A stretch of 63,411 nt of DNA, the filler included, from Folioceros fuciformis (taxonomy: Eukaryota): NCBI GenBank assembly GCA_049999805.1. It is 14 parts of 14 records of this genome, joined end to end, with 100 filler letters (N's around TTAATTAATTAA, not from the genome) between each part and the next. Parts side by side here need not be neighbours in the genome. Positions count along the whole stretch, not along the records: positions 11,943 to 14,686 come from JBNGIO010001170.1; positions 14,787 to 20,942 come from JBNGIO010001171.1; positions 21,043 to 24,089 come from JBNGIO010001172.1; 11 more parts are not named here. One strand, 5' to 3'. Position 1 is the stretch's first letter, and each line of letters begins with the position of its first letter. Shown one piece after another: positions 11,943 to 24,189 of this stretch. Under the pieces are notes generated by a model. It was given only the letters and a program-made list of their open reading frames with translations. It did not search any database and was not told the origin of the DNA. Position numbers and translations under genes: made by a program.

Positions 11943-14686
11943 CCCATGAGTGTCCGAGCTTGTGCGAATTGCTCCGTAGAGAGCCCCTTGGTAAGAACAT
12001 CTGCAGGGTTCTGACTGGTGTGAACTTTGACAAGCTGTACTCTCTTGTCTTCCAACACCTCTCGAATGAAGTGATACTTCACTTCCACATGTTTGGTCTT
12101 CGCATGAAACACTGGATTCTTCGCCAACTGGATAGCACTCTGGCTATCACAATGCAACACTGGCAGCTCACCCTTGATCCCCAAATCTCCCACTAAACGA
12201 GCAAGCCACATGGCTTCCTTGCAAGCCTCAGTCGCTGCAACATACTCGGCCTCTATGGTAGATAGCGTTATGCACGATTGCAAACGAGATTGCCATGAGA
12301 CTGCCCCTCCAGTGCACATGAAGACATAACCTGATGTGGACCTCCTTTTGTCCATATCCCCTGCATAATCAGCATCCGTATATCCCACTACAGATGCATC
12401 TTCACTACCAAAACATAAGCACAAAGCTTTTGTACCATTCAAATACCTCATAACTCCTTTCACTGCCTCCCAATGCTTCCTGCCAGGGTTTGACATGAAC
12501 CTGCTAACCACTCCCACTGCAAAAGCAATGTCAGGACGTGTAGCAATCATTGCATACATCAAACTCCCTACAGCTCATGAGTATGGAACCTTCTCCATTT
12601 CAGCTTTATCCTCCGCAGAACTTGGGCAATCCTTGCTCGAAAGTTTCACATATGGAGGCAACGGAGTACTTAAGACCTTCCCCTTCTCCATATTGAAACG
12701 TTGAAGCACCTTGTTAATGTATTCTGTTTGAGACAAGTACATCAAACGCTTCTGTCTGTCTCGACGAATACGCATGCCAAGAATATGGCTTGCCTCCCTC
12801 AAGTCTGTCATGTCAAAGCGACCATTCAACTTTGACTGCAACGCTGAAATCTCATCACTGTTAGTCCCAGCAATTAGCATATCATCCACATAGAGGACTA
12901 GAATGAGCAAGCTTCCATCCTTAGCTTGCTTCGTATAGAGGCAATGATCCATATCGCTACGCTTGTAGCCTTAAGAAAGCATAAATGAGTGGAACTTGAA
13001 ATACCACTCCCTGGGTGCCTGCTTCAAACCATAAAGGCTCTTCTTTAACTTGCACACCAGACTCTCTTTGCCCTTCTCAATGAAACCCTCTGGTTGCTGC
13101 ATGTATACCTCTTCCTGGAGATCACCATGCAGAAATGCCGACTTCACATCCATCTGGACAAGTTCCATGTCGTTCCTCGCAACCAGACCAAGAACACATC
13201 TCAAGGTAGTCATTTTGATAACTGGTGAGAAAATCTCATCAAAGTCAATACCTTGCTGTTGCTTAAAACCTTTAGCAACCAATCGTGCCTTGTACTTGGG
13301 TTTGCCATAATGGGGTATGTCCTTCATCTTATACACCCATTTGCATGGCAACGCCTTCTTGCCCTTAGGCAACCGAACCAACTCCCAAGTTTGGTTCTTA
13401 TGGAGCGAATCCATCTGCGACTGCATCGCCTTCTCCCACTTGTTTTTGTCAGTCACTGACATGGCCTCTTGGTAACAAGAGGGTTCCCCACAATCCGTCA
13501 GCATGACATAATCAAGAGATGCAATACCTGTCAGGAGGACGTGAGATCCTTTCTGACCTACGAAGCACTGGCGCCTCGACCGGAGCTGGTTGCACTCTCT
13601 CCTCGTCTACAAGTGGAGGAACTTGTTCCTGCACATCACGATGTTCAGCCTGCGCGGGACGGTCAAGTCCATCTTCTTGGAAGACCACCCGTCGCACCTC
13701 CACAGTTGGAGTAGGCTTCTTGTGCATCGTGGTCTCATTGAAGAACACATCATTGCTGCGAACCATCGTCTTGGCTTCTGGATCCCACAGACGGTATCCC
13801 ATCTCACCAGATTCACCATAGCCAAGAAAAATACATTTTCTTGACTTAGGAGCCAACTTGTCACGAAACTCCTTCGAAACATGGTAGTATGCTTCGCAGC
13901 CAAACACACGTAGATGTTTGTATGACGGCTTCTTTCCAGACCACATCTCCTCTGGAACCTGTTCATCCACAGCCCTACTAGGAGATCTGTTAATAAGATG
14001 CACTTCCGTAACCACCGCTTCTGCCCAAAATCCGTTAGGCAATCCAGAGTTTGACAACAAACTACGCATCCTCTCCTGGATGGTCTTGTTCATCCGCTGA
14101 GCCACACCATTCTGGGGAGGAGTATACGGTGCAGTCAATTCTCTCTTGATTCCCTTGGAATCACAGAATGACTGAAAAGCCTTCGAGACATACTCTCCCC
14201 CATTGTCTGTCCTTAGACACTTCAGCCGGAGGCCAGACCGATTCTCCACAAGGGTGACGAATTTCAAAAACACTGTCAGAACATCATCCTTTTTCCTCAA
14301 AGGATAAACCCACACCTTGCGTGAGAAGTCATCAATGAAAGTGACAAAATAAGATGCATCGCCTAACGACACAGTGGGCATAGGTCCACAAATGTCACTG
14401 TGAACCAATTCAAGAGGTTTACTTTTGTGTTTACCTCTTGCTCCATGTGGTGACTTCGTCTGTTTTCCATACAAACAGTGCTCACACACGGAGACATCGG
14501 AGAAGTCAAGAGCAGGGACGTAACCAAAACGAGATAAGATCTTCATTCCTTTCTGAGACATATGTCCTAACCGACTATGCCACAAGGAAACACTTGGCTG
14601 TTCCGCTACACAAATCACATGATCCTTGACAGTGGTTACCTGAAGTGAGTACAAAGTGCCACACTTCGATCCACGAGCTATCACAA
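11943..14686 (-). mobile_element. Ty1/copia pol fragment (GAG-pre-integrase, integrase, RT, RNase H), Tnt1-like, inactivated
   Basis: LWHSRLGH, HSDICGP, RTDNGGEY, YKARLVAKGF, QMDVKSAFLHG, LYVDDML, GYTDADYAGD, HCDSQSAI, NPADVLTK. Frameshift near 13512 and in-frame stops near 12971 and 12575. Confidence 0.96.
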
Positions 14687-14829
14687 NNNNNNNNNNNNNN
14701 NNNNNNNNNNNNNNNNNNNNNNNNNNNNNNTTAATTAATTAANNNNNNNNNNNNNNNNNNNNNNNNNNNNNNNNNNNNNNNNNNNNGACCCTAGGGTGCT
14801 GGGGAAGGCCCTGAACTAAGAGGAAAAGA

Positions 14830-15061
14830 AAGCGGCGTAGTGTTTCGTTTCACCCTAAACCTAAAACTATATATATATATAATTGTCTATACCTAGAAGT
14901 AGTTAGGGTTACGTGCTAGGACGGTTATTTATTTTTCTAACTACCGAGATGTCAAGCGACATGGACAAGCCGCGTGTAAGCCACCAGCACGTTCCCGTGC
15001 AATATTGAATATACTCTTATGCGATCTGCATGCGTGCGTGATGCTAGCTCGATCCACGTCA
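14830..15061 (+). repeat. 5' LTR
   Basis: Matches 20665-20896 except for 3 transitions and the first 3 nt (AAG instead of TGA). Ends CGTCA and contains a (TA)n TATA-like tract. Confidence 0.95.
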
Positions 15062-15073
15062 TGGTATCAGAGC
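15062..15073 (+). promoter_or_regulatory. Primer-binding site (initiator tRNA-Met)
   Basis: TGGTATCAGAGC immediately after the 5' LTR. Confidence 0.95.
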
Positions 15074-15265
15074 ACAAGAAGAGGGTCAAGATTTTGCCCC
15101 TAGATCCCGGCGAGACCTGTGAATCAATGATCAGCAGTTGTTCACGCACCTTATGTCGATCAGCAGACTTTCTGATGATGTCGCTAACCTCAGAATAGCG
15201 GAGAGGAAGGCGTGCGCAGTTGCGCCTGCACAAATGTCAAACAAAAACCAGTCTGGTGCTTGAAG

Positions 15266-15784
15266 ATGGCACCACGCCAGAGGCACAGCCGTGGAAACCA
15301 GCGAAGAGTTTTCCATACAGTCCCACCTTACGAAGTCACAAACATCCCTTCACCAAGGGGACAGCACGTCAGTAGGCTGCACAACTTTCTTGAGAGAATT
15401 CCACACCTTGCCAGTCCCAATCCGAGCATTCATGCTTACTGCAGGTCTCTAGCGGACAGTCGTAGAGAATCAGAGTGTCGTCAGGTTGAGTCTTTGACAA
15501 GGGAGAGGGAAGAGTCTCTCACTGCCTCTGTGCAGCACCTTACCCAGCGTCTGGATAACATAAACGGCACTGCACTTTGTCGCACCCAACACATCTTGTC
15601 AACCTTAGATAGTCTTACTGACCAGATCACTAGACTTGACTCCCACCTGCAGCAAGTAGATGCTAAGTTGTTCATTCTTGCAAAACCGCAAATCCAGGAA
15701 CAAACCAAAATCTTAGAGTCACTTGCTACCCAACAAAATCACAATATTTGCACACAGTGTCAACAGCGAATAAGTCGAGTCTAA
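15266..15784 (+). CDS. Extra 172-aa ORF between PBS and gag (predicted coiled coil, C-terminal CxxC); function unknown
   Basis: Uninterrupted ATG-to-TAA ORF ending 15 nt before the gag ATG. Heptad pattern LTASVQHLTQRLDNI..LDSLTDQITRLDSHLQQVDAKL, then CTQC. Confidence 0.55.
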   Translation: MAPRQRHSRGNQRRVFHTVPPYEVTNIPSPRGQHVSRLHNFLERIPHLASPNPSIHAYCRSLADSRRESECRQVESLTREREESLTASVQHLTQRLDNINGTALCRTQHILSTLDSLTDQITRLDSHLQQVDAKLFILAKPQIQEQTKILESLATQQNHNICTQCQQRISRV

Positions 15785-15799
15785 AAATGATAGCTGCTG

Positions 15800-18700
15800 A
15801 TGAGTGAAGAAGGGTTGTACAGGACGCCCTCCTGGCTGCAGCATCTTGCAAGTGAAGCTGGTCTGATAGACCTTGATGACGAAGATTTAAACACAGACAC
15901 TAGGTCTGCGGGGGGCACGGATGTTGATTCAGCACGAGCGTCAGTAGCTACCAACTGGTCAGATCCAAGTAGAAGAATGGGTGATTTAGACAACAAAGCG
16001 AGGGAGGATGTGCTCCAGGCACTTCAATCTCTTACCAGTGGCGGGTTTAAGGAAAAGGACCGCCTTGTTACTGGAAGCGAATACGATATATGGGCGATGC
16101 GCATGCAAGGCGCACTTGAAGAAAAGAATTTGTGGCACATGGTGAATGGGGAGACTCTCAAACCTGATGTAACCTCCGCAGACATGCCGGTTTGGCATTT
16201 GGCTGACATCCGAGCAAAGAACCTGATTAGATCAGGTTTGTCTCCAGAGATGATGAGGCAAGGCTCCGATGGGCCTGGGGACTCTGCCATGGACATGTGG
16301 ACGCACCTGGCAACGATGTTTGCATCCCACGATATGGTGGCTTCCATGGCTGCATCAGCAAAATACCACTCTCTTAGAATGCAGGAGGGTGAGACAGTGG
16401 AGCACTATGTTGCACGTTTTCGCATTGCCCGAGCCAAGCTAAGTTCTACAGGAACGAAGATTACCGACTATGATGCCAGTTGCAGATTGTTGAATTCACT
16501 TCCTCCGAGCTACGGGCCCTTTGTCACCGGCCAGCAAGCCATGGCGAAGGTCGAAGCTCGTCTCTCAAAGGCTTTGAAGATTGACGCTGAACCCCTTACA
16601 TTTAACGGTGTGGTGGGGGCTATGCTTCAAGAGGAAGCAACTCGGCTGTCCTCTCGCTCTGGGAAACAGCAAGTGCAGGGCCAGCAAGCCCTCTTTGCTG
16701 GTAGGGGCAAGCCCTACAGAAGAGGACGAGGAGGCTGGAATGCAAGCAGGGGCGGCAGGTCCAATTTCAGTGGACCTGGTCAAGCCTCAAGTAATCAGAA
16801 AAAGTCTGGAAATTGTAACTGGTGTGGCATACCTGGCCACTGGGCTCGAGATTGTCGCAAGCGACAAGCTGGTGAGCCGAGAAAGGAGAGTGCTGGCTCT
16901 CCGGAAGCACATGCTGTGCAAGCTTCTAGGAAGAAGCCGACACAGGTCATATTAACTGTGTGTCTTACAACATCTGGCCCTCACACTCCTGCTTGGTTCA
17001 TAGACTCGGGTGCATCGGCGCACATCTGCCATGATCGTGCACAGTTTTGTGATTACCAGCATTATCAAGATGTACAGTCAGTACTCCTTGGAGATGACAG
17101 CACTCTTCCAATTGTAGGGACAGGGAAGGTTACCTTGCAGCTGCATCATGGGAGGAAATTGGAGCTGTTGAACGTCCTTCATGTCCCGGCAGTGACGAAG
17201 AATTTGTTATCTGTTCGTAGGCTTACTTCAGATACTGGCATGCAAGTTAATTTCCGTGGAGAGAAATGTACAATCACCAATGGTGCACAACCAGATGAGG
17301 TGTTGGCTGAAGGGTATCCAGTCAACGATATTTACCAGCTGAGTGTAGTTGGGAGTCGCTTGCCCATATTACATGTTGCTGGTGTATCTACAGGTCTCTC
17401 CCCTAGTGAGACTGCCATGCTTTGGCATCTGCGCTGTGGTCACCCACATGAACGAAAGCTGTTATCAATGGCCAAGAGTTCTCTCTATTCAGATGGCATA
17501 CCAGGTTCAGTGGGGGCTCTACCTTTGTGTGAATCCTGCATTTATGGCAAGCATCATGAGTTTGCATTTGACAAGGATGGAGCTCATCGTGCCTCTGCAC
17601 CCCTGGAGTTAGTCCATTCGGACATTTGTGGCCCTATTTCTGTACCGTCGATTGGTGGAGGTGAATATTTTTTGACGTTCATCGACGATTTCACCCGCTA
17701 TTGCATTTTGTATATCCTGAAATACAAGAGTGAGACACTTCAGCGCTTTCAAGATTATCTGTTGATGGGAGAACGACAGACTGGCCACAAACTTCGATGC
17801 CTAAGATCCGACAATGGTGGGGAGTATACCTCAGGGGCCTTCCATGCATATTGTCGGTCTCTCGGCATCCAGAGGCAGCTTACAGTTCCGCATACAGCTC
17901 AATTAAATGGCGTGGCTGAAAAGAAAAATCAGTTGCTTCAGGAGACTGCTAGAGCACTGCTAAAACAATCTCGTCTGCCTCGAGGTTATTGGGCTGAGGC
18001 CATTAACACAACAAACTATTTATTGAACAGACTACCTACTCGAGTTGTACCTGGTCAGACCCCGTTTGAGGCATGGTGGGGCAGGAAGCCTGCATTCCAA
18101 CACCTTCGAATCTTTGGTGTACCTGCTTACGCCTTTGTTCCAAAGCCCAAGCGAAGAACCAAGCTGCATGATCGAGCACACAAGTTAGTGTTCATTGGAT
18201 ATACGGATGGTATAAAGGCCTATAAACTGTATGACCCTGCAACACGTGATGTCAGTCATGCTAGAAGTGTGTTGTTCGATGAACGAAGGGTAATGCGGCC
18301 ACCTACAGCCACTCTTGACACTGGCAGTGGTGTAGAGCAAATCCCAGCTGTGGTCACCGAACATGATGAGGAAGAAGACTTGCTTGAGGACCTTCAGGTG
18401 TTGAGCCAAGTTGATGTGGACACTCTGGAAGTGTCTAATTTTGATCAGTCAGGCGAGGACGATGAAAACATGCTGGAACCAGATGCAGACGATGATTTAT
18501 CTCCAGAACATGATCCTGGCGATCTGGAGCATGTACCTGAAGTGGGGGCCAAAGTTGATGACGATGTCGGTTTGGATGGAGCTGAACAGCCACCTGAAGA
18601 GCAGCCTCGGAGGTACAGTTTGAGAGAGAGGAATAGACCGTGGAAGGAGCCTCCTTTGGAGATGGAGGACTGGCGGCCTGTAGTGACACGCAAATCTAAG

Positions 18701-20462
18701 TCTAGAAAGCAGAAAAGCAACAAGGATCAGGGCAGTACATCTGCTGCTACTGATGTGCCACCAGTTGGGGCACCTGGATCTGGCGGAGAACCTCAGAGTG
18801 CTGGACATCCAGAAGAGGAGACAACACCTTCTACAGCCTATGTACAGGCTTTACTTGCAGCAACCACCGATTCCACGGAACCTGCAAACATGCAGCAGGC
18901 ATATTCAGGTCCTGAAGAAAAATTCTGGAAGAAAGCAGTAGATGAGGAGTATTCCTCAATCATAAAAAATGGAACATGGACTCTAGTTGAATTACCTGAG
19001 GGTAGAAAGCCCATATCCTGCAAGTGGGTATTTAAACGTAAAATGAATGCTGATGGTAGTATAGCAAGGTACAAGGCCCGCTTGGTCGCGAGAGGTTTCT
19101 CTCAGATTCCTGGAGTTGATTATTTCGACACTTTCGCACCAGTTGTCAAATTCTCTACCTTGCGCATGGTTCTGGCTCTGGCTGCCCACATGGATTTAGA
19201 CCTGGAACAAATGGATGTAAAAACGGCGTTTTTGCATGGCATGCTGGAGGAGGACCTGTACATGGAACAACCAGAGGGTTATGTTAAGCCAAATGCTGGT
19301 CACCTAGTCTGCAAACTACAGAAGACTCTGTACGGGCTCAAACAGAGCCCTCGAGCCTGGAATCAGAGAATTGATTCACACCTGAAGAGACTGGAATTCA
19401 AGCAGGGCACTGCTGACCCTGGCTGGTATGTGCTGCAAGAAGGTGGAGAGTTCCTGATCCTGTTACTATACGTTGATGATTTGATTCTGGCAGCTACCAA
19501 GGGCAAGGGAAGCCTTCTTCAGAAAGTAAAGGATCTCCTGAGGCGAGAATTCGAAATGACCGAGCTTGGGGAATTGACCTGGTGCCTAGGCATAGAAATT
19601 AAACGAGACAGGAAAGCACGGAGACTGTCCATATTTCAGAGGAAGTACATTAGGGACAGCCTTAAGAAATTTAACATGAGTGAAGCAAATGGGAGTGCCA
19701 CCCCTCTTGCTGCAGGACTGAGACTGCAGAAAAACATGGGTCAGCTAACCTCAGAAGAAGCAGAAGAAATGGCACGAACGCCATACAGGCATGTTGTTGG
19801 CACCTTGATTTATCTCTCAAATGTTACCAGGCCGGACATTGCTTTTCCAGTCAGTCTAGAATCCCAATTCCTGGACAGTCCACATCCAGAGCATTGGAGT
19901 CAAGTAAAAAGAACCTTTCGCTATCTGAAGAGCACTGCAAATTTCGGCATAACCTATGTGGGCACAGAGGACCAGGATCTCACCCTTGAAGGTTACTGCG
20001 ATTCTGACTGGGCTTCGGACCTGGACAGCAGAAAATCACTGTCAGCCTTTGTATTTATGCTTGCTGGAGGTCCCATTTCTTGGACCAGCAAGAAGCAAGC
20101 TACTATTTCTACTTCCAGCACAGAAGCGGAATATAAGGCTTTAACAGTTGCAGCTAAAGAAGCGATTTGGGTGAGAAGGAACCTGGCAGATGTGGGGGTA
20201 ACCCCAGAGGGAGGCAACCATCCTTCACTGTGATAACCAAGGGGCTGTTGCATTATCAAGAAATCCGGTTTTCCACTCCAAGGTCAAACACATGGAAATA
20301 CATCATCACTTCATTCGCGAAGTGGTAGGAAATGGACAAATTGCAGTCATCTACATATCTACTGCCGAAAATCCGGCTGATTTACTCACAAAAGCCTTGT
20401 CTAAAGAACAGCATAACAAGCATGCAGCAAGACTGGGCATAGCAGTCTGCAGTGAGGAATGA
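15800..20462 (+). CDS. Copia Gag-Pol polyprotein with one frameshift in RNase H (about 20210)
   Basis: 1477-aa ORF: zinc knuckle CNWCGIPGHWARDC, protease FIDSGAS, LWHLRCGH, integrase HSDICGP..RSDNGGEY, RT YVDDL, RNase H YCDSDW..EAEY. It continues in another frame as ATILHCDNQGAVALSRNPVFHSKVKH..NPADLLTK to TGA at 20460-20462. Confidence 0.95.
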
Positions 20463-20655
20463 AGACTACTGCCTGATAGCACCCTGGATTATGTCGCAGC
20501 TATGTAGTAATTTCGGGAGAGGCCGGGTGCTGACACGGTCCAAGGCGGTGACGATCCAGGCGAGAACAAATGCAAGATTCTTCAGCAGCAACGTGCAGAT
20601 TGAGAGAAAGTAGGTCAGCAGAGTCATGTCGTCGAGTGCTTCAGTCGTGAAACTC

Positions 20656-20664
20656 AAGTGGGGG
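20656..20664 (+). promoter_or_regulatory. Polypurine tract
   Basis: AAGTGGGGG directly before the 3' LTR. Confidence 0.8.
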
Positions 20665-20896
20665 TGACGGCGTAGTGTTTCGTTTCACCCTAAACCTAAA
20701 ACTACATATATATATAATTGTCTATACCTAGAAGTAGTTAGGGTTACGTGCTAGGACGGTTATTTGTTTTTCTAACTACCGAGATGTCAAGCGACATGGA
20801 CAAGCCGCGTGTAAGCCACCAGCACGTTCCCGTGCAATATTGAATATACTCTTATGCGATCTGCATGCATGCGTGATGCTAGCTCGATCCACGTCA
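20665..20896 (+). repeat. 3' LTR
   Basis: TGACG...CGTCA termini; direct repeat of the 5' LTR. Confidence 0.96.
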
Positions 20897-21078
20897 CTTT
20901 GGAGGATGTCTGATCTTCAAAGGTTTGCGGACGCCGCCTCTTNNNNNNNNNNNNNNNNNNNNNNNNNNNNNNNNNNNNNNNNNNNNTTAATTAATTAANN
21001 NNNNNNNNNNNNNNNNNNNNNNNNNNNNNNNNNNNNNNNNNNAAGGCTCAAGCACCCGAAATTGAACAAGATGGGTGC

Positions 21079-22236
21079 ATGGGAAGTAATGTGACATTGG
21101 GTCAAAAGTTGCTTACAAAAATTAGAAATAGAAAGTTATGCAGCACAAAGTTAGAAGAGAGATCGAGAGGAGAGAATTCTGGGATCGAATCCGGTGGCTG
21201 CAAAAAAGCAATGTGGAGTAGGATGATGAAAGGTGGACATGCTTTAGTGGATTTTAATGCTCTTCCTGAGTATTTGAAAGATAATGAATACATTTTGAAG
21301 TACTACAGAGCGGATTGGCCTATGAGACAGACTCTTTGGAGTATCTTCAGCATACATAATGAAACTCTGAATATTTGGACGCATCTTATTGGATTTATTT
21401 TTTTCTTGGGATTGACTATATATACATCATATAAACTTCCTAAAGTGAAAGAGCTGCCTATCAGCTTTAGGAATCTGTTGTCTATCTCAGACATTATGGA
21501 TTTCACTAAGGTGCATTTCAAGTTCTCTTTTCCCTATATCTCAAATTTTCATATTCCTCATATATTGTTAAAGTGCTTGTTTAGTGGCTCACTTTCCAAC
21601 ACTCCAAATGAGCAATGTGTTTTGAATCCCAGCCCGAGATGGCCTATTTATGTGTTTCTAGTGGGAGCTATGCTTTGTCTTTTGACAAGTAGCACATGTC
21701 ATTTATTGTCATGTCATTCTTGTCGTCTTTCGACATTGCTATGGAGATTAGACTATGCTGGGATAACTACCATGATTGGTGCTTCATACTTTCCTCCTGT
21801 TTACTATACTTTTCTGTGTAAGCCGTTTTGGAGATACTTCTATCTCATGGCTATCACCATCATAGGGATTGTGACCATCTCGATTTCTCTGATCCCAATT
21901 TTTCAGACCAGAAGTTTTCGGAAAGTTCGAGCATTGCTGTTCTTTGGAATGGGCATGTTTGGAGTGATCCCTGGAACTCATAAGCTTGTGACGTTTTGGA
22001 ATGATCCCATGTGCTTGGATACTCTTGCTCATGAGCTTGTTATGGGTTGTTGTTATATCTTAGGAACTGTGTTTTATGCTACTAGAATTCCAGAGAGATG
22101 GAAGCCTGGGTTGTTTGATATAGCTGGACATAGTCATCAGATATTTCATGTGCTGGTCATTGCTGGTGCCTATACTCACTACAAATCAGGTTTGATATAC
22201 CTAGCATGGCGTGACTCCAATGGATGTGAATCCTGA
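21079..22236 (+). CDS. Heptahelical transmembrane protein (HHP / PAQR-AdipoR, HlyIII family), intronless over this span
   Basis: LPEYLKDNEYILKYYR, SIFSIHNETLNIWTHL, SSTCHLLSCHS, RLDYAGI, RIPERWKPGLFDIAGHSHQIFHVLV. The frame is open upstream to the fragment edge, so the true start may be earlier. Confidence 0.95.
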   Translation: MGSNVTLGQKLLTKIRNRKLCSTKLEERSRGENSGIESGGCKKAMWSRMMKGGHALVDFNALPEYLKDNEYILKYYRADWPMRQTLWSIFSIHNETLNIWTHLIGFIFFLGLTIYTSYKLPKVKELPISFRNLLSISDIMDFTKVHFKFSFPYISNFHIPHILLKCLFSGSLSNTPNEQCVLNPSPRWPIYVFLVGAMLCLLTSSTCHLLSCHSCRLSTLLWRLDYAGITTMIGASYFPPVYYTFLCKPFWRYFYLMAITIIGIVTISISLIPIFQTRSFRKVRALLFFGMGMFGVIPGTHKLVTFWNDPMCLDTLAHELVMGCCYILGTVFYATRIPERWKPGLFDIAGHSHQIFHVLVIAGAYTHYKSGLIYLAWRDSNGCES

Positions 22237-22259
22237 ACATTGAACGTAGCTCTCGTCTT

Positions 22260-23660
22260 CTCTTCGTATCACAAGCCTGGATGGGTGATGAGGATGTACC
22301 TCCTGCCAATTTTTGATCCCGTGGTGTAGACTTATTCCCTGAACTAGTAGCTGGCTCGAATTCGGGGTTCCAGATAGGTTGTTCGCAAGATGGGTTCTTG
22401 ACAGCGAAATCGGTTGGAGGGGAAGGTCACCGACTTGCAAAACGAACGCTCAGGCCCACTACTGCTCATCGCGAAAAATCTTCTTTTGTTTGGCGAGGAT
22501 TGGGCCCTTGTACTGGAGAACTCCTGGAGGATGAGTTGTGAAGTGTTGCTGCGCCAGGTCAAAATGTGGTGTGAGTGGGATCCCAGAGGAGAGGACAAGA
22601 ATCCAAAAAGATTAGCTTGTAACGCATTTGGGTACTCCTGCTGCACGATAGGACTTGTCAGAGCTTGTGACGAGAGAAGCCTGGGGAAGCTGCTGACTGT
22701 GATGATCAGTTACATACCACACTACCATAACCCGCCCCTTCAATGGGCACTAGCTGTCCATGCCGACGAAGCTGCCGGTGCATCCCCATGCATCCTGGAA
22801 CGGGCTTCCTGGAGCCGGAATCTGGACGACGGACGCAAAGGTGACTCGTGGGCATCCACGGAGAGAAGGCTCTAGGTTGCGGGAGACTGAGGCGGAGTAG
22901 CCTGCCGTGTTCTCGTCGCTGTACTCTTAGTCTCCTAGTAGGGTCAAAGAAGCTCCTTCCAGACAGACTGCAAGTGCAAGCTCAGCGAACCGAGCATAAA
23001 TTGCGTGACAGTGGGGAGGGAGCCGCAAGTTGTTCAAGGTACCGGGACTCGCTGCATCGGAGAGCACAAGAGTAACCTAATCTGAGAGCTACTGCAGCAG
23101 CTCGTCGCTGGGCGGCCCTGCGAGTATCCATATCTGCATTCATAACTTCCTCCTCCAGCTCCGACTTCTTCATCGTTCCACTCCCGCCCGCCGGGTTAGT
23201 GATCAGACGCCCAGCCTGAGCTTCCTGCTCACCTTTCCCTCCTCGACACGTCTACAACTCCAAGAAGCAGATGCGGCCTACTCTGGCCCTGCTCTGCCAT
23301 GCAGCGTAGAAATCCTTTCAAACGTAACCCCTGCTCTGCTCCTCCAGTTTACAACGCACTCCATGGTTCCAATAAGAGTTGGGTCAACATCCTGGTTCAG
23401 TCGGAGTCCTTCGCATTTGCGGAGGCAGCCGACCTCGAAACAGTACCTTTCAATCCGGAAATGCAACCACCACGGTCGCCGGGATGCGGTGCTTGCAACG
23501 GCAAGCGACATGTAGCTCGGACCTAGACTTCGTAGAACTACACGATGTCTCAAAACCGCACCAACATTCCAATTCGAACTTGAGGTGGGAATCTATAAAC
23601 CTTGAGCTCAATATCCAGTTAAATTCCAACCATACAGGCAAGGCTGTACCCCGTCCAACA
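22260..23660 (-). mobile_element. Possible highly decayed L1-type LINE (ORF1 to start of the endonuclease)
   Basis: GC-rich block with LPVWLEF (ORF1-like), then SPNKRR and a QE(T)HL-like motif that needs a 1-nt correction. Many stops; weak. Confidence 0.3.
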
Positions 23661-23934
23661 AAGGAGGAGACATGAATTCGAAGTTTCTAAGTACCTACAC
23701 CTAGGACTCCATAATCATTCGATTGCTTTGTAAAGAGCATTGCGTAATAAAGCAATGAGCATTGTCCAATGCGATTTTTAAAACAGCAACATAGGTGGAT
23801 TTTTGTTAGTTCATATTTTTTATTATTTTATATTATAATATTTTGGGAGCACCAAATAGTTTTTGAGAATGCTGTTCGAGGCTAGTACTTTTTTTTTTTT
23901 TGGCCTTGAGTTGTTCCTTTAATCTTTGGAGTAG

Positions 23935-24050
23935 ATGGGACTTTCTATTTTTTTTTTAATAATAAAAAATACTCAATTCATTTGGAATTCCATTGTGTAA
24001 AGTTACTTTATCTCGATTTCAATTGTTATTAAAAAAAAACGAAGTCCCAT
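23935..24050. mobile_element. Small AT-rich foldback / MITE-like element
   Basis: Imperfect terminal inverted repeats ATGGGACTT..T-run..AATAA and TTATT..A-run..AAGTCCCAT, 116 bp in total. No clear TSD. Confidence 0.5.
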
Positions 24051-24189
24051 GGGATCATCTTACTTTGATATTATAATGTACATGCAAACNNNNNNNNNNN
24101 NNNNNNNNNNNNNNNNNNNNNNNNNNNNNNNNNTTAATTAATTAANNNNNNNNNNNNNNNNNNNNNNNNNNNNNNNNNNNNNNNNNNNN

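Larger units (their letters stand above)
14830..20896 (+). mobile_element. Near-full-length Ty1/copia LTR retrotransposon
   Basis: Two matching 232-bp LTRs, tRNA-Met PBS, gag-pol in copia order (PR-INT-RT-RH), and a PPT before the 3' LTR. Confidence 0.97.

Noticed and set aside
14851-14910. Telomere-like ACCCTAAACCTAAA and TTAGGGTT in the LTR
   Set aside because: Only isolated, degenerate units. They could be telo-box-like but are not evidence of telomere targeting.
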